Assembly: GCA_002104905.1 (NCBI GenBank)
Contig: MCFE01000081.1
Span: forward strand, 1-64,000
Source of the DNA: Basidiobolus meristosporus CBS 931.73
Lineage: Eukaryota; Fungi; Basidiobolomycota
Direction: 5' to 3'
DNA length: 64,000 nucleotides
This document shows positions 22,931 through 36,720 of this stretch, piece by piece. Position 1 is the first letter of the stretch; each line of letters starts with the position of its first letter. The notes under the pieces were generated by a model, which had not been told where the DNA came from, made no database searches, and worked only from the letters and a program-made list of their open reading frames with translations. Position numbers and translations under genes: made by a program.

Positions 22931-22961
22931 ATTACGCCATATCACGCAAACCTACGATTGG
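22931..22961 (-). promoter_or_regulatory. Candidate bZIP-site + CCAAT module upstream of CDO copy B
   Basis: ATTACGCCATAT at 22931 and ATTGG at 22957; spacing 26 bp versus 27 bp in copy A. Confidence 0.35.
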
Positions 22962-25071
22962 TAGGAAGGCCAGGTTTCATGTACTTCCTGAGACCACCTT
23001 GTTTTTCCATGCATTCCCAGCATGCCCACCAAAATCCCCATTTCAGGGAGGAGGCTAGGAATCATCCTCTGATTTCCATCTCAGTTAGATGAGGCTCCCA
23101 GGGGCACGAGACGAATGTGGTACAGCGGCCACCAGGAATTGCTATCGTCCACGACATTTCCATTTCCACTCCAGCTTCCGTGTTCGGTCCCATATCCGTC
23201 GCATCCCATCCCGTCCCGTCCTATCTCCATCCCATTCCTCGCTGCGTGGTTCCTCCGAGTTGGTGGTTCACCTTGGAGGGGAGCAGGGTGCTACAGGCAA
23301 TCCTCGATTGGCGAGCCGGAATTTTCCAATGGTCAACAAACCGTGTGATGGATACCAATTACTGGACGTGGCTGTGCAGTAGTGCACACCCGGTATCTGA
23401 CCAATCCCCATTAGCCTATTCGCTTCTGGCCGTCCGGTCATCCTCGCCAGCGTGGCACAGATGTCTCTAGACCGTACCGTACCGTAACGTACCCTTGGGA
23501 ATGGGTGGTGGATTAGGGCCATTGTGTGCGCCCATTGTACCTGATTTCCAGTATGTCCCTGGTCGATACACACATCACCCCTCCCAGTGCGCCAGTATCG
23601 ACATTTCCAGCTCATCGAGCCGGTCCTTTTCCCCGTAGTTGGCCCCCCATTCAAGGATTCTCGAGACATTCGCTGATTCGAGGGCGTCACCTCCCATCGG
23701 TCCTGTTGGTGTCCCGTAGTCGACCTACACATCATTATGTCATTCGTCGTGGTGTCCTCCTTCCCACCTGCCATAACCGTCACGTAGGGTGAGTGGAAGG
23801 TTGGTGTTTTCGGGAGGGGGTCACGTGCCATGGGAGGGGAGGGTTCGGTCGGACTGAGAATCCAATTCGATCACTGGCGCTGGACCGATGGGATGTCGTC
23901 AGAGGTCTTGGTGAGGATTGTTTGTGCCATGGATGGGGTTAGTATAAGGGGAGGGAACAGGAGATCCAAGAATTTCCCGATCTTCGCCCTCCGCAACCCC
24001 GCCGCTACATTGGTGCTTTCATGACCTTTGCTAGGCTTCGGGTTCCAGCTCCGTAAGACCACCAGGTGAGTGATGCCTCCGTCGGGGTGGTTACCACCTC
24101 ATTCTGGTTCCTCCTTGCAAGTTGGTTGGGAAGGCGCCAAACAGCCCTGACCTTAGCCACGACAATAGGGGCGTAGAGAGCTACCGGCAAAAAAGTATCC
24201 ATCGCATGCAGGCGGCACACTTACCACCTGGTGGGTGACAATGTGATTCGGACGCCTCGAAACATGGTTTGGAATAAGCCCACCGGCACCTAGTTGTACA
24301 TCCACCGGCATTTCACGCCTCCGCACGATGGATAACCTTCCGAGGGGCCCAACCGAGCTATGTTTTGTGGTGAGGGATCCCGATGGTACGCCTATACACT
24401 GCTTCCGAAATCCCGGTTAGTGAGTTCATTTCAAGATCCTGCTCACTGCGGCGCGTTAGTTCCTCCAAATAAGACCGATCATTTCCGCCGGAGGCCCTCC
24501 GCATATGCCTGCACATCCACATCCACCTCGAACCTGTCGCTTGTTTACCAGAACACCACTGGCACCGTCGAGGTTAGGTCAGGGATTGGTGGTGCAGTAG
24601 GATCGAGTGATCATCAACGGTTCTGCCTGTCACCCAAACATGGTAAACCAGGAGGGGTGACAGCGCAGTTACGAACAACGGAAGAGCTAATGGGCGAATC
24701 CGTCGTCGCCTACTCACCACATCCTGTTAGGCCGGGTTGCTCGCATGGGATATGAATCGGGTGGTAGATATGTAGCAGACCATGCATCGATATACGGCCA
24801 GGTTTGTTGGAGCACCGTGGCCGGCGGATCAATGGGAACCAGAATGGGTGACTCAGGTATCCATGGTAAAAGCCAGTATTGCCTTTCCAGCATAAACTTA
24901 GGTTTGGATGTGATATATGCTCAGAGTATTGCACTGCACATGATGATATGCCTGGCTTTTGCATACGGGATTAGCGTACGTTAAGGTCACTAACCACAAG
25001 ACAGTGTAAATATCACGAAACTGTTTGCTGCACATTCTAGACAACCAATAGGCACAGTAGATATTACGATC

Positions 25072-25860
25072 TGCTGTAAACTTGCATTACATCTAAATAT
25101 TCACCAAACTTAGTCACCTAGATCATAGTCCACAAATATATGAGACTTCTACCCAAATTCCAGGTTGGGACCTACCTGGAATGTTCTCACCAGTACATCA
25201 GGTACCCAGAACATGAAAAATCGGTAAGTTGTCCGAACAGCCCCAAAATCTACGCGCATGCTTTTAAGGTCTCGATATGCATATTTTATGTGTTTTTTGT
25301 GCAAAAACCATGTGAAAGTAGAAATACTACTTTTCCATTCAACAGGTAATTTAGAGAATGCCACATAATCTACTTGCTCCCCAAATTGCTTCTAATATCT
25401 CCCTAACTCTTGCTTCAGGCTATGAGCCCCCAGCCGGCACTTTCTTATAAATCTACCATCACTACAACCAGAACACCTCCCTCAGCTGAAATGATGGACA
25501 AATCTAACTACCAAGTCTGAAAGGTGAAGATCAGGATGCTGCTACAGGAAATGGGCCTTTGGGATAGTGTTATGGGCAAAGAACACCCTTGCCAAGGTTT
25601 AGGAGAAGTGGCCTTCAGGTACCAGAAGAAAGAACAATGTGCCCCTTACTGCATATATCTCAATGTCAATGACAAAATACTAATTCAATGCTCTAGCACA
25701 AGGGCAGCACAGAGTGCCTTGAAGGAATTGATATACACCAATCAGTCATATTTGGCTCATGAGAAAATATATCTTAGATCAAAATGCTTTTCCACCAAGA
25801 CACCCCCATGGGAAGAAACAAAAAATCAAAATAACAAGCTGCCCTATTGGTTGATGTGAT
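25072..25860 (+). mobile_element. Degenerate Ty1/copia element 5' end (family C1): LTR 25072-25417, PBS 25418-25429, gag remnant
   Basis: TG...CA LTR homologous to the reverse complement of 29112-29462; PBS ggctatgagccc; gag-like MDKSNYQV*KVKIRMLLQEMGLWDSV. Confidence 0.82.
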
Positions 25861-26149
25861 GGAATTAGTTGGAATACAAACTATTGCCAAAGATATAATA
25901 CTTACCCTCCTGTGCAGCCTGAAAGACAGGCTTCAGGGCCTTGCATCAGCCTTAGAATCCACAACTAAAGATCAGCCTTAAGGTATGATGCATGGAAAAT
26001 TCCTTTACAAGGAATCAAGAAAATGAAGTTCCATTACAAATGAAGAAGAAAATGCTTTAATAGGTGGTGAGGGCTAACAAAGGAGGTACTCAAGACCCTA
26101 CAAAGAAAGAAACCTACTTTCTAGTGGCTACTGCAAAATGAAAACACCA

Positions 26150-28330
26150 GCATTAAGCCCAACCTCAAACTCAACAAGTAGCTCCATTAAAATTCACCAT
26201 TCAATAGGTAAATCTGCCAATGTGCCCTTTTCATGACTCTTGTGGGAGCCCTACAGCTTCATACCATTATTCATTCACTGGTCACCATATGACCTGGTCC
26301 TCAGCAGGCACAGCAAGGTCTGGCACCTCATCTACCAGTTTTTGCAATAGATCCTGGCAATATTCAAGTACATCTTCCTGAGCACTGCACTTGAAGGAGT
26401 GCTGCAACCACTTTGTGGGACTATTGATATTCCAAATCTCAACTATTGGCATTATGATAGTTGTCAGAGTTCTAGACATTGCTGCTCTGTCTGTCAGTGG
26501 GATCTCTACCTGGTCAAGAATGGGGGACATGAAAGCCATTATAAACAAATGGTCCTCCTCTGCAGGCCCATCTACCTTGCTGAAGCTTAGCTCAGCTGGC
26601 TGCACATCCAACTCTTGCAACAACAGCTGTTGTTGTATTAGTAATTCTGGTTGGCTGTCATGGGATTCAGCATGTTTTGGACTTACAATGTTGGTTGGTC
26701 AGAGCTGTAGCTTCTTTCCCACTCTGCCCTGTCTCTGGCTTGGGTAGAATTTGTGCCCTTTACCTTTATCATTGCTAAGTCATTCACTGCTACTTTCACC
26801 AAGTGCTTCTTGAATAGCTATACATTTTCTTCTAGATAAATACTGCACCAGTGCATCCAATGCTGTCTGCTTGCTGTTGACCAGCACCCCTACAGCTACT
26901 TGGCATTTCTTTGCCACTTACTTGAGCTTTTGGCTCTGCTTGTGGCAGGCTCTTGAGGAACCTGTTGGTTTTTATAGCTGCCAGGTCCTTGACTGCTACC
27001 TTGACAATGAGCTTTATGTTTCAAGCTACAGTTTTTTCTTGAGAAATCCTGAGCTGATGCATCCATATCTATCTGCTTGTCCCTTATTGGCACTGTTCCA
27101 GCTACCCAAAGCTTCTTTGTTGCTTGTCTCAAACTTTCAACCCTGCTGTGACAGGCTCTTGAGAATTCTGCTGGTTTTTGGCCATGGTACCCTTGTTCTT
27201 CTCTCATTGATAATTTTGCCATTCCTGAGATACTTTTGTAGCATACCAATAGTGGCCTGGAATCCGTTTGCTTGTTTGAATCCAGGATAATGCTGATGGC
27301 ACAGATCAAGTACATTCTGCTTGGTCTTGAGTTCCCAATGGTCCAACGGTATGCAGGCCTTAAGGTGATGGTGTGCTAGATTTCTTATAGCCTCTTGATC
27401 ATTAGTTGACTCTTTATTATTGCACTCAGCGGCTTCATGGATCTTCAGTGTCTTTTGATTTCTAGGCTTTAATATGAATATCACAGTCTCTCCCACACAT
27501 AATGAAATCGGCATCTCTGTGGAATTTATCTTTGGACACAGTTGTTGTTCATCAAAGACTGTACAGTGTTCCCCTGCTGTATCATCAGGAAATTGCTCAA
27601 TTATAGGCTGTGACATTGAGCAACTTTGGTTCCTTCATTGCCACCTGGCTACTACATTCTCCACTTGGGAAAACAGAGTGCTGTACCTGTAGTACCCACT
27701 CATTCAGTGTCTGCACTATATCCTGATTTCTCTGGGCCTTTGCATTGGTTCCATTGGCCACTGCACTTAATTGCCTTACTTATGCTTTTGTATGAGCTGA
27801 CTGCATACTTGCAAGTGCTGGTGGTGATGATTTTTTGAAGATCATTGGCTGATCTTCCACACATGGTATTGCTTTTTCTACAAACTGACTTGCCTGCGCA
27901 TTGCAGTCAGCTTGTAGATTTACAGAGATTCTCAATTACCTATGTGTCTGAGTGCCTGAGTAGTCAACATTATTCTCTTCAGTGAGCATACTGTCAACAT
28001 GACCTTTTTTAATGTAGCCCTACTTGTTACACTGATTGTCAAGGCAAGCTGTTGTCCAACCATTCTTCTGCTGTTGTGTGAGGTGTGGTTGGCTGCAAAA
28101 ATGACAGCTTTGCTGTATTTTTGCAGCATATGTATGGAAATGAGTAGGACCAAAGGGAAAGTAGAGTGTCATGTGCATGTATGCTTGGTGCCACAAGTTT
28201 ACTTATAGTGCTTATTTTGTTGGGTATTCATCAACAAGGAAGCAGTTTAGGAGTATAAATTGAATTACTACCAAATGCTGTAGTTGTAGTCTATGTGAGA
28301 AAAATGAACTTGAAGATTATGCTTTTGTAC
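26150..28330 (-). mobile_element. Degenerate accessory ORF of a putative CACTA-like element (copy 1)
   Basis: Colinear DNA similarity to 57650-59830 and to the reverse complement of 45000-45440; fragments such as HYPGFKQANGFQATIGMLQKYLRN; many stops and frameshifts. Boundaries are approximate. Confidence 0.55.
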
Positions 28331-28974
28331 TGAATTACTATGATTTGTTAAAAATCAAACAATACAAATCTTTTCTTAACAATCCAGATGTAACTATGTC
28401 TAGCAAATGATCATAATATTCCTGATAAATGCTTTATCAAAATTTTCATTTACCTGTGACAGAACTCCTATTTATAAGTACTCTCCATATATAAATATAT
28501 CATCTTTAAAACTGGTGCAGCTATTTAATATGTCTTGCAGCTGCCAAATGATTTGCATGCATTTACTCCATCCTATCCAATCACTAGACTTGAAAACTTA
28601 CTTGCTCCATAGGAAAAATGGGATATTTGATGGCAAATCAGGTAGCTTGTACATTAGTCACTGAGCCAGATAGATGATCACAGCTTCAGAATACTCTTGA
28701 ATCATTTAAAAATCATCCAACTTGAACAATGGTAACCAAAGTGGCATATATGATTAGATTTGTAAGACTTGTTCTGTTAGATGGTGCCACATTGATCCAT
28801 AAGCACTAAATAACACCCTAGTGTGCTGGAGAGCTCAGGTAGACTAATACTTTGCCACAGAGTGTAAAGTATAGTTTCACTTTATCATGGAGAGCAGCCC
28901 CAATGTTGCACACACTGTGCAGAAGAAAGTCTGTTTTTTGACCTTTTTTCTGGGATCAATGCTGTGCCTGACTT

Positions 28975-30398
28975 TGTGGTGGTGTATAAGTCCAAGGAAG
29001 GGATATGTCCAACACTTCTCAAGTGATTTGTGTGTGGGGTGCTCACTGGGTGCAATAACCTCTGGCAAAAGCTTGCTAGGAATACTTGGATTTTGTCTCT
29101 AATCTAATGTGTGTTGTAAGAGTCTTGGAGATATTGGAAGTGATTTGGAGAACAAGTAGATTATGTGGTTTTCACTTAATGATTTATTGAATGTAAAAGT
29201 AGTATTTATACTTTTACATGGTCTTGGCATTACAAACACGTAGAATAGGTTAAGGAAGGTCCCAAGAACATGTGTGCAAAGTTTGGGGCTGTTTGGACAA
29301 CTTTGAGAATTTTCATGTTCTGGGTACCTGGTATTTTGGTGAAAATATTCTAAGTAAATCCCGACAAGGAATTTGGTCAGTATTCTCTAGGATTTGAAGG
29401 TGGTGATCTAAGTGACTAAGTTAGGTGAATATTTAGGTGGAAAATACGAATTTTTTACAACAATGTGAAGGGGAATAGAGCCACAAACTTGTCAAGAGAA
29501 AACTATTGAGCTACACTCCCCAACTTAATTGGCATCTTAACAAAAGTATGTGCTGGGTCCAGTGTTGCTTGAGATAACAGTTTACTAAAGCTTCCAAAGT
29601 CAAAACAGCTGTAAACTCCACCAGCAGGGACTTTATAAGAATGCAGATGTGGCCAATAGTTACAAAGACAGAGAGATACATTTGCCTGTACAAGAATAAA
29701 CTTGGGAAAGAATCAAATATAATAGTAGATACCTACTCTGAGTATTCCTTACAAGTAGTACCTCCAGGGTCAGTTGGCTGTCAGCATGGTTTCCTGGGAG
29801 AGTTCTGTGGACAAGGTTGGAGTTCAGGTAGCAGCAGGTAGCAGTGAAAAAAATAATCAACAAGTTGGTATATTGATAAAAGGGATGCTGATTTATTGTT
29901 GAGGGATTGCCCCGCTTATGTACTTTTCTCACTGGCAAAGTGATTACTAACCATGGTGTACCAGAAGGTTCTGGTGGTCAGTATAGAATCTTAATAGCAT
30001 CAGAATGAACTAGAATGTTCTAAGTAGGTGATGGAAAGTTCTAAGAAGCACAGCAAGCACAACCAATCAGGGGTCAGTATTCTGAAGCCTGTGTAGCATA
30101 GGGATACCATATACAGTATGAAAATGGTAGGGATGGTGATGCAGTTTGCTCTTGTGTTACTGGTACTACAGCAGGTACCTGACTAATATACAAGCACTTA
30201 CATCAAGCAATCTTACATAAAGTGAGGGACAACTTATGCAATATGGTAAGCAGGTATGATAGTCAGTTGGCTTACAGGATAGTACTGATCAAGTAAGACA
30301 AAAGGATTCAAACTAATATAAGGGTAGTGGAAAATAGGGAAGTCGAAAATATGGGAATGAGCACATCTGTCAGTGGGTGTCACTGTGACCCCATCACA
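28975..30398 (-). mobile_element. Long (~1.07 kb net) LTR of gypsy-type family L, interrupted by a copia solo LTR
   Basis: Ends tgtggt...catcaca. Homologous to 39012-39590, to 30410-31082 (inverted), and more distantly to 34241-35043 and 56216-57158. Confidence 0.7.
29112..29462 (-). mobile_element. Solo LTR of copia family C1 with 5-bp TSD
   Basis: tgttgtaa...ttacaaca; TSD atgtg at 29107-29111 and 29463-29467; absent from the homologous copies at ~30950 and ~39145. Confidence 0.92.
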
Positions 30399-30409
30399 CT
30401 GCCTAAGGG

Positions 30410-31082
30410 TTAATTTTGTATAGGTCCAAACAGATCACAGGAACCTTATGGAACACCATGATTAGTAATCACTTAGCCAGTAAGAAAAGCATATAAGGGA
30501 GGCTATCCCTCAACAATAAATCATCATCCCTTTTATCAGTATTCCAACTTGTTGATTAGTGTGATCACTGCTACCTGCTGCCACCTGAACTTCCAACCCC
30601 AGACCACAGGACACTCCCAGGAAACAGCACTAATAGCCAACTGACCTTGGAGGCACTACTTGTGAGGAATACTCAGAGTAGGTATCTTTTATAATATTTG
30701 ATTCTTTCCCAAGCTTGTTCTTGTACAGGCAAAGATACTTTTCTGTCTTTGTAACTATTGACCACAGCTGCATTCTTATCAAGTCCCTGCTGGTGGAGTT
30801 TACAGTTGTTTTGACTTTGGAAGCTTTAGTACATTGTCATCTCAAAGGACACTGAACCCAGCACATACTTTGTTAAGACACCAACTAAGTTGGGGATTGT
30901 AGATCAATAGTTTTCCCTTGACAAGCTTGTGGCTTTATTTCCCTTCACATTAGATTAGAGACAGTACCCAAGTATTCCTAGCAAGCTTTTGCCAGATGTT
31001 ATTGCACCCAGTGAACACCCCACAAACAAAACACTTGAGAAGTGTTGCATGTATCTCTCCCTTGGACCTATACACCACCACA
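30410..31082 (+). mobile_element. Partial family-L LTR inverted relative to 28975-30398
   Basis: Reverse-complement similarity over ~650 bp, ending ...ctatacaccaccaca. Similarity continues into flanking DNA (to ~31430 versus ~28660). Confidence 0.75.
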
Positions 31083-32879
31083 GAGCCATGCATTTTTCCA
31101 ACATGTTACAAGCCACAGGAGCTAGATTCAGAGTGCCATGGGTATTGAGTACCTGATGCATGTCTTCAGTCCTTTTGTGCTCTTACACATCCTGCAAAGT
31201 ATTGACCTAAAAAAAAGGTCAAAAAATGGATTTTCTCCAACACAATGGGTGAAACACAGGGGCAGCTTTGCATGAAGATGCAGAGCTATGTTTCACACAC
31301 TGTGGCCAAGTATAGGTACACTTAGCCTCTCTGGTGCTCTACGGCATCATTTGGCACTCATGGTTCATTGTGGCACTATCCAATGGAACAAGTCTAGTGA
31401 CCTGGTGAGTCAGATCAATCTGGCTCTATAAACAGGCTGGCAATATGTGGCACTATCCAATGGAACAAGTCTAATATCTTCTTGTATGATTATACTGTGC
31501 AATAATAAGCACTTTGACTATTGCACCAGTTTGGCTGTATTCTCTTATATATGACTTTCCTCTCTACCTACCTGCCAATATGCTAAGTCTCTTTAGATGT
31601 CCAAATGTATGCATAACTCTCACTCTGAAATGTTTGAAAGTCTCATTATATAGCTTCTGCTTCATGCTAAACATACTGTTCCTTAGCTTCCTGTAAGCTG
31701 TGATACATCCTAATATCTGACAATCCTGTGCTATTTAAGCTAAGTCTGAATACATTTCTCCACTCTACTAAATTCTGGATGATTCTCTACCCATAGTGTT
31801 TTGTCATGCCTACTTCCAGCAAATGGCCAGCTAATTCAGATGATATTACCCTCAGTATCAGATAGTGCTTCAAATTTCACACAATGTGCCTTGTACTTGC
31901 CAGAATAACAGTGCCTCTGCCCTTAAGAAGGTCTGTTAATCCTAACTGGGAAGGTATCCAAAATACTCCCTATATGGAACCTATTACCAAATACTCTGGG
32001 ATATGGATTCTATTGGAGCTTCTGAACCTAGTATTCAAAGCTTGCTCTGAGTACTGCATACCCTCTGCATGGTGGTTTTCCATTGCTGTCAGCTGGAAAT
32101 GAGACCTTCTGGGGCTTTTGTTGCCATGGATGATTGGATGAAACCTTGTGGGGCAATACTCCTTGTAATAGCTGAGAAGCATAACAAGGGAGCTCCTTGA
32201 GTAGATTGGGGTAGATGGTCTACAGTACTTGGTATATATCTCCACTAATATCTCATAACAAAATTTAGTGGTAGTGATGGGATTGATGAGAAAATACCAT
32301 TCAGATTAGTAAGTCATATTCAAATTGGTAGGTGAATGAGCTGATGTGATTTGAACCAATTCAGCACAATTAGCTTTAGTTTTCAGATTTTCCATGCATT
32401 ACAATTAAATCTTTATCAATTGCCATGTGTCCCATCATTATGTTGCAAAAATCATCCTCAAACAATGACCTGATATTTTAATTGATGCTTTACTCACAAG
32501 TCTTTAATAAAGTAGGAAATCTGCAATTGTTGTGATCTGATATGTGTCAGTGCAATCCAAGATGTATCATGGACAATATATGAAAAATTCAACAATCACA
32601 TTAGATTTCATAAATATTTCATATATGACCAGGTTGATGCCAATATACTACTGTAGAAGTTTCCAAATCCATCACCATGGTCCCTATACCAAGTCTCAAT
32701 TCATCCTTAGTACAAGCAAGACAAAACCCACCCCCCCAACTCACAAGCACAGTTCAGATTGGAGAAGCCAATGTTGGATCCATTCAAGTTCTTGCCAAAT
32801 AATTTTAATATAGCCCAAGTGTCTATGATGAGCCTTCATACAGCTATTTGGGCGCTACACACTAATCTAGCAGAACTAG

Positions 32880-35589
32880 TGTTACAGGTCTTGGTATAAG
32901 AGTTGAAAAGAATATGGAGTCTAGCTAGTATTGTATTTCCTAATGTAGGTTGTGGCTGATGACTCATTTGATTGCATCATCATCACCTAATCAGATTTTA
33001 CTTCAAATATCTGTTCCTGTCTGATAAGGATCTGATGATTCATTTGCTGACTAATGCTACTGATGTGATAGATAACACTGATACACTGATAGGCATTACA
33101 TGTAACTAACTGATTTGACTAAGGGCTAATCTATCTTTAACATTCAAGCAGTAGATCATAGCATCCAAGTCCAAGGTAAAACTTGCAGTTCCCAAGTATA
33201 TAGGCCCATAGATCTACTTCATAGTCATTGATCTTCATCCCTACAGGCTGAGTAATACAGTTGATTATGTGAGAGCTCTCATCAGCAGTGGAGACTGAAG
33301 TTGATTTGGTGGGTTTCAAGTTGATTCCAGCTTTCAAAGCATATTGCTCTGACATGTACTTGTGTGATGCTCCTGAGTCAATCATGATCTTGGCAGGTAC
33401 TCCATTGATTACTCCATTCAGATATAGTAGCTTTTCTAAGTTTGAGGTCATCTGGGATAGGTATTCTTCTGTCATATGGAAGGAGAGTCCCAAGTCTTCA
33501 TCAAGTTCATCCTCATGTCACTATGCTCAAGGGCTTCAATATGGTTGATGGTACTTGATGGCTGGTGTCCATCTCCTCTCTGAGAGCAGCACTTTGCAAT
33601 ATGTCCCTGCTGGTGGCAATTGCAGCAAAGTCCTTTCTTCTTACATTCTTCTGAGGTAGGATTTTTCCGTATAGCATCAATTTCCATTGGCACTGCTTCT
33701 GATTGTATTCTTTCACAATGATTGGGGCCTCTCTGATCAGTCATTGTGGTCTACCCAACTCTAAACATAGCTGAGTCATAGTCAATGGCAATCTTGATGG
33801 CTTCTTAAGTAGTCTGCGGTCTTTGATAACTCACTTCCTTGCAAGTTCTTTCTTTCAACCCATCAATGAAGTATTCCACTTAATCCAGCAGGTCCACTCT
33901 TTCAATTTATCCAAGTAGACATCTATATTCTTGGATGTACTCTTGAACCATTCCCCCCTGTCTGAGTGCCTTCAACTTTCTTCTTAGTAGTGCCTGCAGG
34001 TGTGGAGGTTCAAAAGCATCCTGAATTTCCAACACAAACTCATCCCAGGTAGAGATTGTAGAGCATTCAATCATGGTGGCTGACCTGATCTTACTGTAGA
34101 AACACTGTTAAGCTGCATCTGCCAGGTAAGAGACTACATAATGTAACATGCTTTCTAGAGCAATTTGCTTAGCCTTGAAAGCTTCTTCAATCTGGAAGAG
34201 CCAAGTTCCCAGGTTTTCATTGACTTTACCATGGTACCAGTGTGGTAGGGTAAGCATTCCTCCCACATCAAGTTCATTCATACAGCCATTATTATATACT
34301 TATCCCTATTTTATCTAATCAGTATTATCCCATTCTTCTTTTGCCCATATTATCAGTATTATACTCATATGATGTTTACCCTGATTAGTTATTAGCATTA
34401 GTTATTCCAGATGTTATTCAGCTTTGTGCTCAGTATATGTATCTACATAAGGCAAGTACCCATGTCAGGTCCTGTGACACATGACCTAGGTACGTGTTAC
34501 CATCCCTACCATTTCAAAACCATATATGGCATTTCTATGTTGCACATGTTTCCAACTACTGATCCCTTATTGGTTGGATGTGCTGTGCCTTTTAGAACCT
34601 TCCAGGACATTCCTGGCATATTTTTAGCTCATAGTGATGTCATCAAGAATAACACTGATGCCTAGAATCTTATAGAACCTTGTCATTAGTGTTCACTTGG
34701 CAATCAGGAAAAGTACTAGAGGGAAAGCAATCCCTTATCAATAAACCATCCCTTCTATCAGAAACACTTCTCCCTTATTGATCAGCAGTTGATCACTGCA
34801 CCTGCCCTCAAAAGTACATCTCAAACCTGCCATCAAGGAGCTTTTCAGGGTAGTGCACAAGACACACAGAGGCCTTTGGAGACACTTGGAGCACCTAGGA
34901 AGCTAGAGAAGCAGGAGCTTCTACCATAGTGACATATTGACAAAGACACCAGCAGTTTAGACCCAGAGGTTTTTGCACCCATCAGACACCTCACACACCT
35001 TGGGTTGTGTAGCTACTCCCAGGAGTACCTCTACACCACCACACCGGTTGACCTTCACACTAAAGTTGCACTTGACAGGGTTTTGCTGGCTTTGGGGCAT
35101 GGTGGTCATTCCTTGTTGCTGCTGGGTAAGGATCTGGAGTAGCTGTTGCTGATGGGCCAGGATTTGCTGCATAGCATTTTCCATTCTTGATTTTTGGACA
35201 TCTTGAGGGAGGCTTGTTCTTTCTTTAGGAGGGAAGTATCTGGTTATTGCTGCTACCAATGTTAGCTAGTATTGTATTCACTACAACTTGAAGTGATTTT
35301 TATTGAGGTTCCAGCAGCGCCTTATATACAATTTTGCCAGATCAATTGCTGACTAATTGTGTTTCCTAATGTAGACTGTGGCTGATGACTCATGTGATTG
35401 CATCATCATCACCCAATAAGATCCAACTTAATATACCTATTCCTGTCTGATAAGGATCTGCTGATTCATCTGCTGACTAATGCTACTGATTTGATTGATA
35501 ACACTGATATACTGATAGGCTAAATATATAACTAATTAATTTGACTAATAACTGATTTAACTTAAACATTCAAGCGGTAGATCATTACA
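32880..35589 (-). mobile_element. Truncated Ty3/gypsy family G1 copy: LTR 35260-35589, gag-protease remnant, LTR 32880-33163
   Basis: PBS ttggtagcagc; Gln-rich gag start; CCHC knuckle C.NCHQQGHIAK.C; protease IMIDSGASH. Both LTRs carry internal deletions, and RT/IN are absent. Confidence 0.88.
34241..35043 (+). mobile_element. 803-bp solo LTR (family L2) inserted in G1 gag
   Basis: Terminal inverted tgtggt/accaca; flanks ccag (34237-34240) and ccgg (35044-35047). Removing it restores the gag sequence seen at ~46155. Confidence 0.88.
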
Positions 35590-36720
35590 CTTTGGCAAAG
35601 TAGTCCTAATAAGAGTTATTTGTATTTTGCATCCAACCTAACTTTGCATTGCTCAACTGATTAGTTATGCATTGGGGCTGCTTAGCTTGTTAGTAGCAGC
35701 AGATATCTATGTATTCAGCTTTGTGCTTGTAGTATAGCCGCTCAAACCCTATCACAAACTCCTCCCATAAATGCTGTAGATGCATCAAGTTAACATTGGC
35801 AATATGCTTCTGCATAAATATTCTTAAAGTGTCAAGTTATGACTCCAAATACTTCCAATATACACTAGGTAGAAATACACTCATAAAGACACATGAATAA
35901 GTACATATCAAGTTTAGTTCATCCAGTGCTTGCATCTGTATTATTGTACATAAATATAAATACTGGTTGAAGCTTGTGCAAAATACTTTGGGTATTAGAT
36001 ATTTTGTAATATCTTCCCAGTTCTCTCAAGTTTCTCTGATAATACAAAGGGCTCATTCCACTTGAAATCCCCCATGTACAACTTGGTTGTTAGTATAGAG
36101 ATATAGTTGACGAGCAAATGCATGGTACCTAGTGGATAGCTTTTGCTCCAATATATTCCCTCTATCTTGAGTATATCTGGTTTTTGATTAATTCTAGATT
36201 CTGGCCAATGGCGTATAGCTTGCCAGCAATGCTGCAGTTGCTTGCTGACTCTTCATGTTCTCTCTGTGGAAGGATGATATTTGTAGTGTTGGTGTCTGGA
36301 TAACATTAATGTATGTGATTTAGTACAAAATGGTGCCATTACAAAAGTATCAAGTGGCCAGCTTGGTATTGCATGTACAGTAGAAACTGATGAGTTCTCA
36401 AATATGACATGTGTGGCCAAATACTGGCTATTATCCTTATAACACTTCCTGTACCATTTGTTTGCTTTATAGTTGAGAGGCTGGTTACAATAGCTGCATA
36501 GTTGTTTACCCTTCTCTTGTGGCATTGAAGCCAAGTAGTCTTCTCCATGGGGCAAACAGCTTGACACGCAACAATGTTATGCTGTTATATCACTTATGTG
36601 TTGGCACAGATGTTATCTTACAACTGTCCTGTATATGCAACATTGCAACTATATGTATGTGATATTTGCTGATATTGCATCATAGTTGGTATTACATATA
36701 AGCTTTATAAGAAATAATTT
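35590..36720 (-). mobile_element. CACTA/En-Spm-like transposase remnant (deleted copy including the N-terminal part)
   Basis: DNA similarity to 43450-44200 and to the reverse complement of 59760-60050; ORF fragment with CSYC zinc-ribbon-like motif (36253-36567). Confidence 0.55.

Noticed and set aside
22900-25000. Numerous 60-190 aa ORFs in the GC-rich stretch upstream of CDO copy B
   Set aside because: They overlap in all frames, have no recognisable domain and give no consistent splice model. Treated as intergenic, though a hidden gene cannot be excluded.
31480-32870. AT-rich, CpG-poor segment with short ORFs (possible Helitron or other TE)
   Set aside because: It is probably repeat-derived, but I found no diagnostic motif or terminus, so no feature is called.
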